Origin: Pavona decussata
Lineage: Eukaryota
Length of the DNA: 64,000 nucleotides
NCBI GenBank assembly: GCA_977016875.1
Contig: CDRNST010000148.1
Span: forward strand, 3,348,001-3,412,000
Direction of reading: 5' to 3'
The first letter of the stretch is position 1. Every line of letters begins with the position of its first letter. The notes under the pieces are model-generated. The model was not told where the DNA came from. It searched no databases and worked only from the letters and a program-made list of their open reading frames with translations. The translations under genes and the position numbers were made by a program. Below are positions 63,017-64,000 of the stretch, one piece after another.

Positions 63017-63657
63017 TTAAAAGTAAGATATTTAGTTTGCATTTAAAACACAAACAGAATGAACATTATTGATATCATCTGGTACACAATTCTAAAGGTA
63101 GGGTGCCGCAACAAAAAATACACGCCGGCCTTCAGATTAAAATTTGATGAGGAACTGCTAAGTTCTTGTGAGACGACGTCTGGTCGCGCGCTGTTTGATA
63201 TCGTTTAATTATTAGGGAACCGGTTCATAACAAGTCTGTTCGAAGAGGACTGCACCTTGTCTGGGACAGGTGGTTATCGAACACACCATCTGTCCGGCAT
63301 GGAACATTACCAACAAAATTTTATTGGCTTTAAAATTTGAGTTGACACGGAAATATTAAGCTAGCAAGAGTCAGCATTGCTAGATAAACAAGATAAGTGA
63401 GGTTTGAATCTCACTGTCATTTTTTACTGCTGGATAGAGGGGTGGCTATGTAATAAAGACACCATCTTTTGAGGTTGAGGAAGGGGATGCAGGCAGAGAC
63501 TACCATCTATTTTGTGGTTTGGTGGGTCCTGTTTGAGTGTAGTAGTTTTGACCACTTCGCTAAATCCTTCATGTAAAGAGGAGCAAGGTCATGAAGGACC
63601 TTGTAAGTGATGAGGATGTTTTTGAATTCAATGCTTGAACGTACAGGAAGAGAGACA
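63017..63657 (-). pseudogene. Fragmented L2 LINE ORF2 3' remnant
   Basis: LPVRSSIEFKNILITYKVLHDLAPLYMKDL (~63657-63563) and GRRVFFVAAPYL*NCVPDDI (~63135-63017) match L2 C-terminal motifs. L2-like 3' tails ending in (TTA)n lie at ~61440-61560 and ~61660-61735. Confidence 0.7.
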
Positions 63658-64000
63658 GTGCAGTTAAGGTTACTTATGGGGAAGAAAGGTCGAATTTTTC
63701 TCAAATAATTATTTTAGATAATTGTTAAAACAAGAAAGGGATGCAAAGTTTCGTGAAAACAGCCGTTAGAAATCTTAAAAGGAACGCGAGCTATCTAAAA
63801 AACAAAGGTTTGTAGGAAAAGCGGTGAGCGAGCGAAGGTGTCATAATCCAATTTATGCGGGCTGTGTTGAGATATTACGCGGCAAAATTTACCCGCGATC
63901 TCGAATTACCGGCAAATTTGCATATTTTTGTTTACATCCTGTTCATCGCAGGGTCACGGCGTTGTATGTAAAATTTTCCTGTGACACAGCGTTCCTTCTT

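Overview
This is AT-rich, intron-containing eukaryotic DNA. The ShK/CAP/C-type lectin gene content and the repeat landscape suggest an anthozoan cnidarian, probably a stony coral (inference). The left third holds four spliced genes that I rebuilt by hand from GT-AG junctions and reading-frame phase: the 3' end of KCTD9 (+); a 458-aa secreted ShKT-discoidin-like-C-type-lectin protein with an acidic/His-rich tail (-); a ~231-aa secreted Pro/Ala/Tyr-rich preproprotein (-); and a 486-aa secreted CAP/SCP protein (+). The middle holds four intronless class A GPCR paralogs. All four replace the DRY motif with TCY/ACY/TCF, lack the TM3-ECL2 disulfide and share an HTH motif in TM5. The rest is repeat-rich: PIF/Harbinger elements (one with a frameshifted MADF remnant), TTAA-flanked TIR elements, foldback MITEs, tRNA-SINEs, L2 LINE remnants and microsatellites, plus two N gaps. 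The most notable non-coding signals are Penelope-type minimal hammerhead ribozyme motifs: an inverted pair inside a TSD-flanked 232-bp foldback at ~49.7 kb, and one sense-oriented motif in a lectin-gene intron. No database searches were run; family names come from motif recognition.
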